This document shows, piece by piece, positions 53,696 to 63,192 of a stretch of 64,000 bases of DNA. Where the stretch lies: positions 3,062-67,061 of the IMG/VR virus record IMGVR_UViG_3300036760_000681. One strand, given 5' to 3'. The number at the start of each line of letters is the position of its first letter. Position 1 is the first letter of the stretch. The position numbers were made by a program, and so were the translations under genes. The notes under the pieces were generated by a model. The model was not told the origin of the DNA and made no database searches. It worked only from the letters and a program-made list of their open reading frames with translations. This stretch comes from a virus.

Positions 53696-54343
53696 CTAGA
53701 TCTCCGGGGTCGCTTCGGCGTCGGCCTTCGCGTCGGCCTTCGCCTCGTTCATGGCCTTCTGGGCCTCGCCGGCGGTCACCTTGTTCCCCTTGAACACCGA
53801 GCCGTCGGAGAGCCGGAAGTTCTGTCCGGCGATGTGCACCGGGTACTGCACGGCCTCCACGGGCTCCGGGGCTGACACGGGAACGACCGGCACGGCCGCC
53901 GTGAACGTGGCGGTGGGCGCCGGCGCGAGCCGGGCGATCACGTCGTCCACGGAGAGACCGCGGTCCACCAGGGCCTCGGCCAGCGCCCCGCCGCCCATCG
54001 CGGTGACCTTCTGCGCGCGCTCGGCGGCCTTGAGTTCAGCCTCGGTCGGGAACCGGAACGGCATCTTCTCGACGTTGCCGTTCATCTGATCGACGAGGGT
54101 GAACATCTCCTCGTGCTGGAAGACGACCGGCTTGCGCAGCGGCACAAGCGGCTCGGCGTTCAGCGGATTCTTCCGCCACATCTGCTCGCCGGTCTCGGGG
54201 TCGATCTTCGGCTCCGACCGGCTGCGTGTCGTGGTCATCGTGTAGATCTGGCGCCCGTCCGGCGTGATGCCGGCTGCCTTCGCGCCCAGCGGGGGAATCA
54301 GGTCCGCTCGGATCGGCTTGGTAGGCTGCAACGTCCCTCTCAT
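53696..54343 (-). CDS. Hypothetical virion-associated protein
   Basis: RBS and coupling; C-terminal YPVHIAGQNFRLSDG..KG. Confidence 0.65.
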   Translation of the reverse strand: MRGTLQPTKPIRADLIPPLGAKAAGITPDGRQIYTMTTTRSRSEPKIDPETGEQMWRKNPLNAEPLVPLRKPVVFQHEEMFTLVDQMNGNVEKMPFRFPTEAELKAAERAQKVTAMGGGALAEALVDRGLSVDDVIARLAPAPTATFTAAVPVVPVSAPEPVEAVQYPVHIAGQNFRLSDGSVFKGNKVTAGEAQKAMNEAKADAKADAEATPEI

Positions 54344-54918
54344 GACTGCTCCTTGGTAGCGGCCTCGGGGCCGGCGCCGGACGGCGCGGACTGACGAAAC
54401 CGTGTGCGAATGTCTTTCAGCACCCCGACGAAGGGGATACCGAGAACCGACCGGCGCTTATCCAGTGCCATGTCGCGGGCGCCTGCGCGAGCTTCAGTGC
54501 GCGTCTTCTCGCGCACGGCGGCGTTGGCGTCCTGTGTCTTCTGGAACTGCTCGGACAGGGACGCGAACTGGCCGCGGCCCCACATGTTGCCCTTTTCCAG
54601 GAACTGCTTCACGCCGCCCGACCCCAGGGCCTCGAGGTCGTAGGGAGCGTAGCCGCCCTTGCCGTCCGGCTCATGAAGCCAGACCTGTTCGACCGGCGGC
54701 TCGTCCACCTTGCCCTGCTTGAACAGGCCGAGCCGGGGGTCGTCGTCCCGCAAACTGAGGCGCACCGTCCACGTCCCGGCGGCGATGCGCCCGTTCAGAA
54801 AGCGCGTCGGGATGAACCGCACGGTCGCGTGACGGCCATGAGCGCGGGCGTACAGCTCGACTTCGTCCGCGATCTCGACCGGCGCGACCGGCAGTCCATC
54901 CCGACGAAAGGCGATCAT
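54340..54918 (-). CDS. Hypothetical protein
   Basis: TGATG coupling; MIAFRRDG... Confidence 0.65.
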   Translation of the reverse strand: MIAFRRDGLPVAPVEIADEVELYARAHGRHATVRFIPTRFLNGRIAAGTWTVRLSLRDDDPRLGLFKQGKVDEPPVEQVWLHEPDGKGGYAPYDLEALGSGGVKQFLEKGNMWGRGQFASLSEQFQKTQDANAAVREKTRTEARAGARDMALDKRRSVLGIPFVGVLKDIRTRFRQSAPSGAGPEAATKEQS

Positions 54919-55904
54919 CAGGCGCCCGGTACCTGGATGGACTGGCCATCCGGCGAGTAGGTCGCCTTGACGACGGTGCTGTTGTTGTACCAGACGTCGC
55001 CCGTGCCCGGACGGTAGTCCGTGGTATCGTATAGCCCCATCATGACGTTCTCGGTCACGACGTTGCCGACGCCGGTGTTCAGGTCCACGTAGAGCCCGGT
55101 GCCCTTCACGGTGCCGAACGTGTTGCCCTTGAGGAGCGAGCCGTTGAGCGCCATGACGATGTGACGCTCGTTGCCTTCGGTCGAGCAGTCGGGCTGGAAG
55201 AAGTTGTTGAGAATCCGCCACCGGCGCGTGGCCGCGACCCCGGTGTTCGCCACGGTGATGAGGCCGGCCGCGCTCGTGGTGGCGTCGAGCGTCTCGAAGA
55301 CGCAGTCCTTGACCGTGACGTTGAACGTTCCGTCACTGTCCTCGATGCCCCGCAGTCCGTTGCGGAAGTCGCAGTTGGCGATGATGGCGTGCCCGGCGTC
55401 GTACTCGGAGGTGCCCGAAGACGAGTTGCGGACGAGCCGGATCGCGGCGGCATCCACCGGCGCGTCGAACAGGATGTTGTGGAACTGCCAGCCGCGGCCC
55501 CGTACGCTGATGAGCGGCGTGACGGCGGTCGGTGAGGCAGGCGGGCGGATGCAGGCCGAGCCGGGATGGTACGCCGAGGTCGGCTGGTCGGGGTGGTGCT
55601 GGCCGCCGACGCCGATGATCTGGACGTCGAACTTGAGGTTCGAGCAGATCAGCCCCTCTTCCCGAATGTTCCCGGTGATGAAGATGCGGTCGAGCGTGTT
55701 GCAGACCGCGAGGGCCTCGGCGAGCGTGCGGAACGGCCGATCATCCGACTTGCCCACGCCCCACTTCTTCTTGGGCACGAACACGTCGGCGTTCGGGTCG
55801 ACGAACCAGTCCTGGCCCACCGTCGGGATCAGCGCGCCGCCATAGACGGGGACGCCGAAGGCGATCAGGGGCTCGGTGCGGATACGTGTGCGGTCGCGTG
55901 CCAT
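54918..55904 (-). CDS. Beta-helix virion protein (capsid decoration / spike candidate)
   Basis: WFVDP...GKSDDRPFRTLAEAL...DRIFI; directly after the capsid gene. Confidence 0.65.
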   Translation of the reverse strand: MARDRTRIRTEPLIAFGVPVYGGALIPTVGQDWFVDPNADVFVPKKKWGVGKSDDRPFRTLAEALAVCNTLDRIFITGNIREEGLICSNLKFDVQIIGVGGQHHPDQPTSAYHPGSACIRPPASPTAVTPLISVRGRGWQFHNILFDAPVDAAAIRLVRNSSSGTSEYDAGHAIIANCDFRNGLRGIEDSDGTFNVTVKDCVFETLDATTSAAGLITVANTGVAATRRWRILNNFFQPDCSTEGNERHIVMALNGSLLKGNTFGTVKGTGLYVDLNTGVGNVVTENVMMGLYDTTDYRPGTGDVWYNNSTVVKATYSPDGQSIQVPGA

Positions 55905-55999
55905 GTGGCAATCCTCCTCGTGAGGCTCGGGGCTGCTCTGTGCCCGTCAACGCCTCGGTGCTTTCGCGGGACGATTCCCGCCCTTCAGGTGGTCCGGAT

Positions 56000-56019
56000 G
56001 GCGGGGCCGAAGCCCCGCC
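56000..56019. terminator. GC hairpin downstream of the capsid gene
   Basis: GGCGGGGC-TTCG-GCCCCGCC on the minus strand; no U tract. Confidence 0.4.
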
Positions 56020-56066
56020 CTCGGGTCGTACGCTACGCTGCTAAGTCGTTATATATCAACGACTTA

Positions 56067-57386
56067 TCAGTAATTCGGAACCGGCGAGAAATCGGCCGTT
56101 GTGAGATCGGTCGTGATGCCCGTCAGCGCGCCGTTCACGCCGCGGTTCGTGCAGAACGTCTGCATGTACTCCGCGACGAACGCTTCCTTGCCGTCGAAGT
56201 CGGCGATGCGCGCCCACTGGTTGCCATCTTCGGCCCAGAAGTCGGCTTCGCCGCCCAGGTTGGCGCGGACGAGGTTGTCCTTGCAGATCGTCATCGCGAC
56301 GTCGTGATAGAAGTTGCCGTCCGCGACGAGCGGCAGGCCGGAGACGGTGACGCCCGAGTACCCACCCAGGAGATCGCCGCCGGTGTACGCCTGCTGCTGG
56401 TAGCCCATCATGCCGCGCGCGACCTGCGCAATGGCCGAGGGGAAGGTGATGAGGACGTCCGTGGCCGGTGTCACCGGGAAGCCGCGCTTCTGGCCCAACT
56501 GAAGCCAGTGCTCGGTCAGTTCGAGGTGGTCGAAGGTCACCGACGCCTTGCGGAACGGCTTGCTCCGCGGGTACGTCGCTTCGGCGATGTTGAACACCGT
56601 CGAGAGCGCAGCGGACGGATCGACGATCGTGCCGAGACCGTTCGGGCCGAGGTTGCGCTCGAGCTCGAAGTAGTCGCGGGTGATGACGCTGGTGGTGGCG
56701 AAGTACACCAGATCGTCGGCCACGGCGGCCGGCGTACCGGATTCCGTCTCCCACGACGCGACCATCGTGATTGCGCGCGTCGAGTAGTTGATCGAGGAGA
56801 TCACGCCCGCGCCGCCGACGGCCGACGTCGAGACGTCATACCAGCCGATGATCGACCCTTCCGCTAGCATCGTGAGCGGGTCGGTGTCGGTGTTGCCGTA
56901 GGCGTCGTTGATCGTGAAGACCGTCGTGCTCGTCCGGGTCTCCACCTTGCCGATCAGGGCCGAGCTGGCGCCGATCGAGTGGCGGATCTCCATGTACTTC
57001 CACGAATCCCAGAGGATGTCGTAGAGCCGCGTGCCGAAGTCGGCAAACGCGCCGGGACCGGACGCCTGCTTCTCGATCAGGCTGTCGGCCGCGATGCGCC
57101 GGTAGCGCCGGATCGGGGTGATGCGCCCCTGCACCGGGTCGAGACCCTGGTGGTCGGGGATCATGCCGCTGGTGGCCATGCCACCGGTCGGGTGTCGGAA
57201 GTCGGCGGCGAAGACCATGTGCTGGCCTTCGAGCCGGTATTCCTTCGGGCCGGCGTTGCGGAACAACTGCGAGGCCGGTGATTCGACCCGCACGTTCGGC
57301 AGCACCTTGCCTACGAAGATGTCGTGTGTCAGACCCGTGAGGTCGGTCATCGCCTCAAGGTTGGTCTGCTGAGAACCGAGTGCCAT
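56067..57386 (-). CDS. Major capsid protein
   Basis: 439 aa, after the portal and scaffold; GAGGAG RBS; GPNGLGTIVD; C-terminal NRGVNGALTGIT. Confidence 0.8.
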   Translation of the reverse strand: MALGSQQTNLEAMTDLTGLTHDIFVGKVLPNVRVESPASQLFRNAGPKEYRLEGQHMVFAADFRHPTGGMATSGMIPDHQGLDPVQGRITPIRRYRRIAADSLIEKQASGPGAFADFGTRLYDILWDSWKYMEIRHSIGASSALIGKVETRTSTTVFTINDAYGNTDTDPLTMLAEGSIIGWYDVSTSAVGGAGVISSINYSTRAITMVASWETESGTPAAVADDLVYFATTSVITRDYFELERNLGPNGLGTIVDPSAALSTVFNIAEATYPRSKPFRKASVTFDHLELTEHWLQLGQKRGFPVTPATDVLITFPSAIAQVARGMMGYQQQAYTGGDLLGGYSGVTVSGLPLVADGNFYHDVAMTICKDNLVRANLGGEADFWAEDGNQWARIADFDGKEAFVAEYMQTFCTNRGVNGALTGITTDLTTADFSPVPNY

Positions 57387-57419
57387 TGTATGCTCCTCGC
57401 CGGCTCAAGGCCGGCGCTG

Positions 57420-58661
57420 CTAGCGTCCTGGGTAGCGCCGGGCGGATTCCTCCGCCACGCTGTCCCGTATCTGTCGGCGAACCTGCGTGGCAGGCGTTCC
57501 GGCGGGGACGGCGTCCCGGCCCTCCGCGCTGCCTGGTGACGTGGGACGCTCGCGGCCGGCGGTGGGCAGGCTTCCCAGCGGATGCGGGGGCGCCCCTCCA
57601 CGCTTGGCGGCAAGGTCTTTCATGTGCTGCTCGACGGCATCCTTGCGGATGCGTTCGACTTCGGCGGCCTTGGTCGCGGCCTCGTTGGCGGCGGCCTGTT
57701 GGCGCTGCTGGTCCCGGGCCTCGAGGCCGGCGTAGGCGTCCCGAACGGACGGCTGCGCGACCAACATGGAGCCGAAGAACCGCTTGAACTCGGTGTGCAG
57801 ATCGTCACGGTTCTTGGCGTTGGGGAAGTGGCCCAACTCCAGTTCGGAGTTGAACGACTCCACGGCCGCCTCGAACCACTGGTTGAACCCGGGCAGTGCG
57901 GTGACGTGCGCCGGCATCGTCTTCGCCTCGGCGTACGCCTCGCTCTTCCACGCCTGACCGGCCTGCTCGACCTCCTGTGCCTCGATGGTGCCCAGGCGCC
58001 CATCGTAGTCCTCGCGGGCCACTTGGTCCATCTCGGCCTTGACGCCCGCCCGGTAACGATCGGCGACGTCCTGGCCGTAGGTCTCGAGGAGTTCGGTGTA
58101 CTTGGCCTCGGCCTCGGCGAACTTCGGGTCGGCGGCGAGCTTGTCGCGGGTGCTCTCGCGGGACTGGAGTTCGATCACCTGGCGCTGGAGGTCATGCGAG
58201 CGCTGGCGCTCGGTCTCGAGTTCCTGCCGGCGGGTGAACGAGGTGCCATTCAGCACGGTGCGGAGAAACTGCTCCTCCTCGGCCGTGGCCGCCGTGAGCG
58301 CGTCGAGTCGCTGGCCGGGGCGCAGCGCGGGATGGTTCGGGTCGATCGCCACGCGAATCGGCGCGGGCGCCGTGACTTCGGGCGCCGCGGCGACGGGCTC
58401 CGTGGCGGGCGCCTCGCCCGGCGTCGGCTCCGTGACTGCCGGCGCGTCAGCCGCAGCCTGCGCCTCGCTCGCCTTCTCGATGGCCCCGATCACCTGGTCA
58501 CGCGCATCGCGCCGGGACAGGGGGCCGGTCTTCGCCGGTTCAGTCGCCGCGGGCTGCTCGGGCGGGATGGCCGGAGCGACAGGCGCCACCGTGGTCGTCG
58601 CGGGCGGCGCCGGCGGCGTGGCGGTGGTATCGACTGGTACGGCAACGGCTGGTGCGGTCAT
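57420..58661 (-). CDS. Capsid scaffolding protein
   Basis: Between the portal and capsid genes; Pro/Ala-rich N-terminus and acidic coiled coil. Confidence 0.7.
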   Translation of the reverse strand: MTAPAVAVPVDTTATPPAPPATTTVAPVAPAIPPEQPAATEPAKTGPLSRRDARDQVIGAIEKASEAQAAADAPAVTEPTPGEAPATEPVAAAPEVTAPAPIRVAIDPNHPALRPGQRLDALTAATAEEEQFLRTVLNGTSFTRRQELETERQRSHDLQRQVIELQSRESTRDKLAADPKFAEAEAKYTELLETYGQDVADRYRAGVKAEMDQVAREDYDGRLGTIEAQEVEQAGQAWKSEAYAEAKTMPAHVTALPGFNQWFEAAVESFNSELELGHFPNAKNRDDLHTEFKRFFGSMLVAQPSVRDAYAGLEARDQQRQQAAANEAATKAAEVERIRKDAVEQHMKDLAAKRGGAPPHPLGSLPTAGRERPTSPGSAEGRDAVPAGTPATQVRRQIRDSVAEESARRYPGR

Positions 58662-58730
58662 CGTGTTCCTCGTGCGTTCAGGCTGACCCAGCGCGGCATT
58701 CGCGGCGCTCGGCGCAGGCCCGGTGAATCG

Positions 58731-60998
58731 TCAGCGCGCGGTCGCGGCAATGGACGGCGCGCCGCCGTCTTCGTTCGGCTGTCCCTGTGGCTGCTGGCCC
58801 TGACCGCCCCGCATCAACTGGAGCGGCGCGCCCGGCTTCTGGGCGGGCCCGGGCAACCCGGGCGTCTGAGCCATCATGGCCTGCCACTGGAAGTACATCT
58901 CCTGGCGCATCCCAGCGGCGGTGCGGGCGATGATGTCGGCCGACTCGTCCTGGGTGACCTCCGACAGGGCGCCGAGGTGGGCTTCGAGGTCGTCGTCGCG
59001 CAGCCGGCGATACTTGGTGTCGATGTACTGGAACAACTGCTGCGCCGCCTGCTGGACGGCGGGGCTATTGGGGTCAGTCTCCTGCAAGCCCGACTGCTCC
59101 CGGAACTGCCGGGTGAGGTCGTGGAACGCTTGGGAAATCGTCCGGGCCCGACGGCGCTGCACGGCCTTGGGGTTCCCGGCGACATCAAAGACCATCGGGT
59201 TCGGGTAGAGCCGCCGCGCCTCTTCGGTGAGCAGGAACGGCTGGCCGTCCGCGCCGCGGGTCTGCATGAGTTCGAGCACTTCTTGAGCGCGCAACTCGGG
59301 ACTCGGCCCGAAGGCGTTGACGAGCTTGTAGTTCGGCGGGCCGTCCGAGACCTTGGTGTTGTCGATGTAGCCGTCGGCCAAGTAGCCGTACTCGTCACTG
59401 GCGATCGGGACGAGCCACGCCACGTCGCCGTAGCGCTTGAACTGCTTCCAGCACCCCCGCATGAAGTCGCAGGCGGCGCGACGGAAGCGCATGTTCACCG
59501 GACCGTGGATGGTGTTGTCGGCCTGCTGGAGCGCCACGATGGCCCGGTAGGCCATCCGGCTTCCGGGCGACTCGCCTCGGGACACGGCCTGGTAGCCGCC
59601 GCCGGTGTAGATCGAGCGCCGGAGGTCTTCGATTTCCTTGTCGAGCCCCTGGAGGATGTAGGCCGGCCATTCCATCGGCCGCGGCCTCACGTTCCCCATT
59701 GAGGGCTCGATCTCCATGACGTTGTAGCCGCCCACGTCCATCATGTCCGAGTCCAAGGCACCGCAGGGAATGATGATCGGGGCCTCGATGCCGCGGTTCA
59801 GGTACTCCCAGCGCTTCGAGCGGGCGAGGTTCAAGTCCACCTGGATCGGGTCAATGTCCTCGATCCACGGCTTGCCGTGCACGTCTTCGCCGCGGTAGCC
59901 GGAGTAGAAGTTCGTGAAGGAGAAGTCGCCCGCCGGGAGCGGCTGCTCGACGAGCAGGACGGCGTTGCCCTCGCCAGTCTGGCCGGTGCGCAGGTCCACG
60001 GCGCCCGGCAGAGCGGCCAACCGCAGGAGGCCCTCGGGCCAGTCCGCATCGACGCCCGGCAGCACTTCCTGGCAGAGCAGGACGATCAACTCCTCTTCGC
60101 CCTCTTCGTGGCGGCGGCGGTCGATCACGCCCGAGCCGTGGATGCCGAGGCCGGCGCTGTTCCAACTCTGGGCGATGCGCTGGAAGTTGGCCGCCGAAGG
60201 GATCCGCGTGGACCCTTCGAGTTTCTCGGCGCCGGCGACGTGGCCGAAGGCCGAGCGCACCAGTTCGGCGGGCAAGACGCGGGTGTAGGAGGCCCGGTGG
60301 ATCGAGCCGCGCTTGGCGGCGGCGTCGAACACGGTATCGAAGGGGTTCCCGACCCAGCAGTCGAGCATCCCGGGGGTCGGATTGAGCGCCCGGCCGATCT
60401 GACCCTCGTCGCTGTCGGCGGCGCCGTACTCGACCGACTCGTACTGGTCGTGCCGGTCGTCGCGCCAGTAGCGGTGCATCGGGCAAAAGCCCGTCGCCAT
60501 CGACATATACAGGGCGTCGGCAAAGAGGCCGTTCAGGTCTTGCTGGTCGGCGATGTGGTTGGCCAGGATGGTGTCGATCACCGCCCGCTCGCGGGAGCGG
60601 CGGTCCGACAGGGCTTCGGAGAAGTACCGCAGCGCCATCGTCGTGTGGTGGGCTACTGCGTTGTCTACGACGAGCCGGAGCAGGTTCTCTGTTTTCCGGA
60701 ACTCCGAGAGTATCCGGGGAATCTCGACCCGCTGGCCCCGGAAGATGTCGGCCCACTGGAAGTCGCCGGTGCCGTCGATGTGAATGAGGAGCTTTTCGGA
60801 GAGCAGGTCGCGTTGCTGCCGAGCTCTCAGGCCGGCGACATGCATCCGCACCATGCGCTGCGCCGCGTCGGTGCGGGAGCGGCGCTGCTGGGCGAGGGCG
60901 TCAACTTGATTGGTGGCGGGAAGGGGCGAAACGACGGGCGTCGGCGCCGACATGGTGGCCCCGTTGAAGGGCATAATCATCGCTGGCGCTGCGGTCAT
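58731..60998 (-). CDS. Portal protein
   Basis: 755 aa, first structural gene; ENLLRLVVD; DIDPIQVDLN...; Gln/Pro-rich tail. Confidence 0.8.
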   Translation of the reverse strand: MTAAPAMIMPFNGATMSAPTPVVSPLPATNQVDALAQQRRSRTDAAQRMVRMHVAGLRARQQRDLLSEKLLIHIDGTGDFQWADIFRGQRVEIPRILSEFRKTENLLRLVVDNAVAHHTTMALRYFSEALSDRRSRERAVIDTILANHIADQQDLNGLFADALYMSMATGFCPMHRYWRDDRHDQYESVEYGAADSDEGQIGRALNPTPGMLDCWVGNPFDTVFDAAAKRGSIHRASYTRVLPAELVRSAFGHVAGAEKLEGSTRIPSAANFQRIAQSWNSAGLGIHGSGVIDRRRHEEGEEELIVLLCQEVLPGVDADWPEGLLRLAALPGAVDLRTGQTGEGNAVLLVEQPLPAGDFSFTNFYSGYRGEDVHGKPWIEDIDPIQVDLNLARSKRWEYLNRGIEAPIIIPCGALDSDMMDVGGYNVMEIEPSMGNVRPRPMEWPAYILQGLDKEIEDLRRSIYTGGGYQAVSRGESPGSRMAYRAIVALQQADNTIHGPVNMRFRRAACDFMRGCWKQFKRYGDVAWLVPIASDEYGYLADGYIDNTKVSDGPPNYKLVNAFGPSPELRAQEVLELMQTRGADGQPFLLTEEARRLYPNPMVFDVAGNPKAVQRRRARTISQAFHDLTRQFREQSGLQETDPNSPAVQQAAQQLFQYIDTKYRRLRDDDLEAHLGALSEVTQDESADIIARTAAGMRQEMYFQWQAMMAQTPGLPGPAQKPGAPLQLMRGGQGQQPQGQPNEDGGAPSIAATAR

Positions 60999-61009
60999 GC
61001 CTCTCCCTG

Positions 61010-61149
61010 AAAAGCGAAAAACCCGGACATCCCCTCGTGGTGAGGCGATCTCCGGGTATCGTGGCGCTCCCGACCGTCCGGGTGCCCGATGGGCCCGACT
61101 ACACGACTGCTCTGCGCGAAGTTAGGGAGAAGAGAGCACTTCGCGCAAG
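61010..61149 (-). promoter_or_regulatory. Promoter-like sequence and terminator-like leader before the portal gene
   Basis: TTGCGC-N18-TAACTT; ACCCGGA...TCCGGGT-TTTTCGCTTTT hairpin ending about 12 nt before the ATG. Confidence 0.5.
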
Positions 61150-61196
61150 ATGAACGCGAGAGAGCGGCGCTGGGTCTATTTCACTGTAACAGATTG

Positions 61197-61219
61197 ACCG
61201 CCCCCAAATTGGGGGCGGT
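61197..61219. terminator. Perfect inverted repeat after the toxin gene
   Basis: ACCGCCCCCAA-A-TTGGGGGCGGT. Confidence 0.55.
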
Positions 61220-61501
61220 TTAGGAGGATGGCTCGGCTAGGATAACAGAATGGAGCGTTACCGTGTCCTCGTTGAAGGTGTAGTAGATCACCACCCCCGG
61301 AGCACCCGGCCAAGGCTCGGTGGGCAGAGCGAACACCCCGTCCACGCCCGTCACCCTACCCGCTTTCCCAGGCTCTCGGCAGAGCGCCCAGGTGACCCCT
61401 CTCATGACCTCATCCCAACGGGCGATGTTGGGCAAGATCGCATCCCTCTCCCGCTTGAACTGCGCTGACTCAATGATCGTGCGGTGTGTGGTGACGGTCA
61501 C
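61220..61501 (-). CDS. RelE/ParE-like toxin
   Basis: 93 aa; IIESAQFKRE...VVIYYTFNEDTVTLHSV; coupled to the antitoxin stop. Confidence 0.65.
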   Translation of the reverse strand: MTVTTHRTIIESAQFKRERDAILPNIARWDEVMRGVTWALCREPGKAGRVTGVDGVFALPTEPWPGAPGVVIYYTFNEDTVTLHSVILAEPSS

Positions 61502-62028
61502 TAGATGGCCAGGGTCAGCGCATGTGCGATTTCGGACTCCGTCAGTTTGCGGTCATCAACGAACACGGATTCCAAAGGGATGTCCTCCCCATCGTGGGCG
61601 AGTTGCCACGCACTGGTCCGGTGGGAGAGTTCGCTTACTTCCGTGGCGTTCCCATCCCACAGGTCCTTGATGGTCCGCTGAACCAGCGCGATTTCTTCTC
61701 CGGTAAACGCACTAAGGTCAGCCACGCGCAGCGCGATAGGGCGCTCCTGCTTATTGCCGCCGTAGTCCCTGGTCTGAATCGCCAGAGCCTCCGCGTCCTT
61801 CAGCGCGTTTCGAACCGGCAGCAAACGCCGTGGCGCCGGTCCCCATTTCAGCCGCTGATACGGCTGCCCGGTGATCGACTTCCCGGTCTGACCGTAGGCT
61901 ATGAAGTCAGACCAGAAAAGGATCTTGTTCAGCTTGGTCGCGCCGTACCTCGGATCATCTTCGGATTGCGCCGAGATGTAGAGGATCAGCTCGCCCAACT
62001 TGTCGTCGTTCGGTCGCTCGTTTGCCAT
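61501..62028 (-). CDS. Panacea (DUF4065) domain antitoxin
   Basis: TKLNKILFWSDF...G.SITG..Y.RLKWGP...VSELSH...W. Confidence 0.85.
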   Translation of the reverse strand: MANERPNDDKLGELILYISAQSEDDPRYGATKLNKILFWSDFIAYGQTGKSITGQPYQRLKWGPAPRRLLPVRNALKDAEALAIQTRDYGGNKQERPIALRVADLSAFTGEEIALVQRTIKDLWDGNATEVSELSHRTSAWQLAHDGEDIPLESVFVDDRKLTESEIAHALTLAI

Positions 62029-62124
62029 GCCGTCCTCCACGCTCGGGTAACCCCCCAAACATAAACCAAACGGGGGCGAGCGGACAATCCGCTGCGCCTC
62101 GGTGGCCTCGAAATCCCATGCTAT

Positions 62125-63027
62125 GTGCTGGACAATGGCATGCGGGTTCTAGTTCAGCGCGGCCTGCAAATAGGCATCGGGATGTCCACAAGCGGCGGAA
62201 GCGGCGGTGCGCATCGGCTGGCGCGTTTTGTAGAGTCCCTTGAGGCAAAAGGGCTGGCGACAAACGACTTAGCCTTGCGCATCAGTAACCCCACCGTCTT
62301 TCGGGTTCCTGGATTGCCGAAACCGGCCTATGGGTATGAGGCAACGATCGTCCCGGAGATTTGCAACGCGATTGTGGACGCGGGCAAGAAGGACCTCCTG
62401 ATCGAGAGTCAGAAGAAGTACGCGGTCCAGTGTGAGCATTTCGTGCGGGCGTTGGCCGACAAGGGCATCACCGCGCTGGTGGATGAAGTCACCGGGTTCA
62501 AGGAAGAATCCGATCAGATTGAGATTGCAAAGTTCCTGAAGATTTACGTCAACAAGGAGCTGCGGCAGTGGGTAAGCAAGTTCCCGCGTTCGTTCTTTGA
62601 GCAATTGTGCCGGCTACGCAATGTGCCCTTTCCCAAGGAGAACATGCGCCTGCCACAGTACTTTGGCGATATCGTCAACGAGTTGGTCTACACTCGTATC
62701 GCGCCTGGGGTATTGCCGGAGTTGCGGGTGGTGAATCCCGTTATCGCGCCAAAGGGTAGGCGTAAGGCGAAGCATCACCAGTTCATGACCGACAACGCTG
62801 GCAACCCGAAGTTGCTCAACCTTGTCGGCCGACTTGAGGGCATTGCATACACCTTTGGCGACGGAGAATACGACGCCTACAAGGCTGCGGTAGATCGCCT
62901 GATTCCTAACTATGGAATGTTGCCGCTGTTCAAGGCGGCAGAGATACCGAAGATGATCGAACAAGCGAATTCGCGGGTGGCCATACCAGCCCCGGCAGAA
63001 CCCAAACTGCTTTTATCCGCCAGCTAG
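62125..63027 (+). CDS. P63C domain protein
   Basis: VLDNGMRVL...GYEA...GITALVDEVTG...WVSKFP..FF...KHHQF. Confidence 0.85.
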   Translation: MLDNGMRVLVQRGLQIGIGMSTSGGSGGAHRLARFVESLEAKGLATNDLALRISNPTVFRVPGLPKPAYGYEATIVPEICNAIVDAGKKDLLIESQKKYAVQCEHFVRALADKGITALVDEVTGFKEESDQIEIAKFLKIYVNKELRQWVSKFPRSFFEQLCRLRNVPFPKENMRLPQYFGDIVNELVYTRIAPGVLPELRVVNPVIAPKGRRKAKHHQFMTDNAGNPKLLNLVGRLEGIAYTFGDGEYDAYKAAVDRLIPNYGMLPLFKAAEIPKMIEQANSRVAIPAPAEPKLLLSAS

Positions 63028-63179
63028 GATTGGCGAGGCTTCCGGTTCGGGCGGGGGCGGCGCTTCTTGGGCGTCGCCTTTGCCTTTGGTGGGGTGGTGC
63101 CGGTCAGGCGGTTCACCACGTCGTATGCGGCCACTACCGGATCACTAGAAGGACGCTTCTCGCTTGAGCGTTTAGGCAT
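63024..63179 (-). CDS. Small basic protein (51 aa)
   Basis: MPKRSSEKRPSSDPVVAAYDVVNRLTG... Confidence 0.5.
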   Translation of the reverse strand: MPKRSSEKRPSSDPVVAAYDVVNRLTGTTPPKAKATPKKRRPRPNRKPRQS

Positions 63180-63192
63180 GGGGCTAGTGTAA

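Noticed and set aside
50382-61010. Long + strand ORFs (601, 433, 706, 377 aa)
   Set aside because: Antisense shadows of GC-rich structural genes with no recognisable motifs.
61184-61219. IS1595-like terminal repeat
   Set aside because: The resemblance is weak, the orientation does not fit the cargo side, and no transposase or partner end is in the window.
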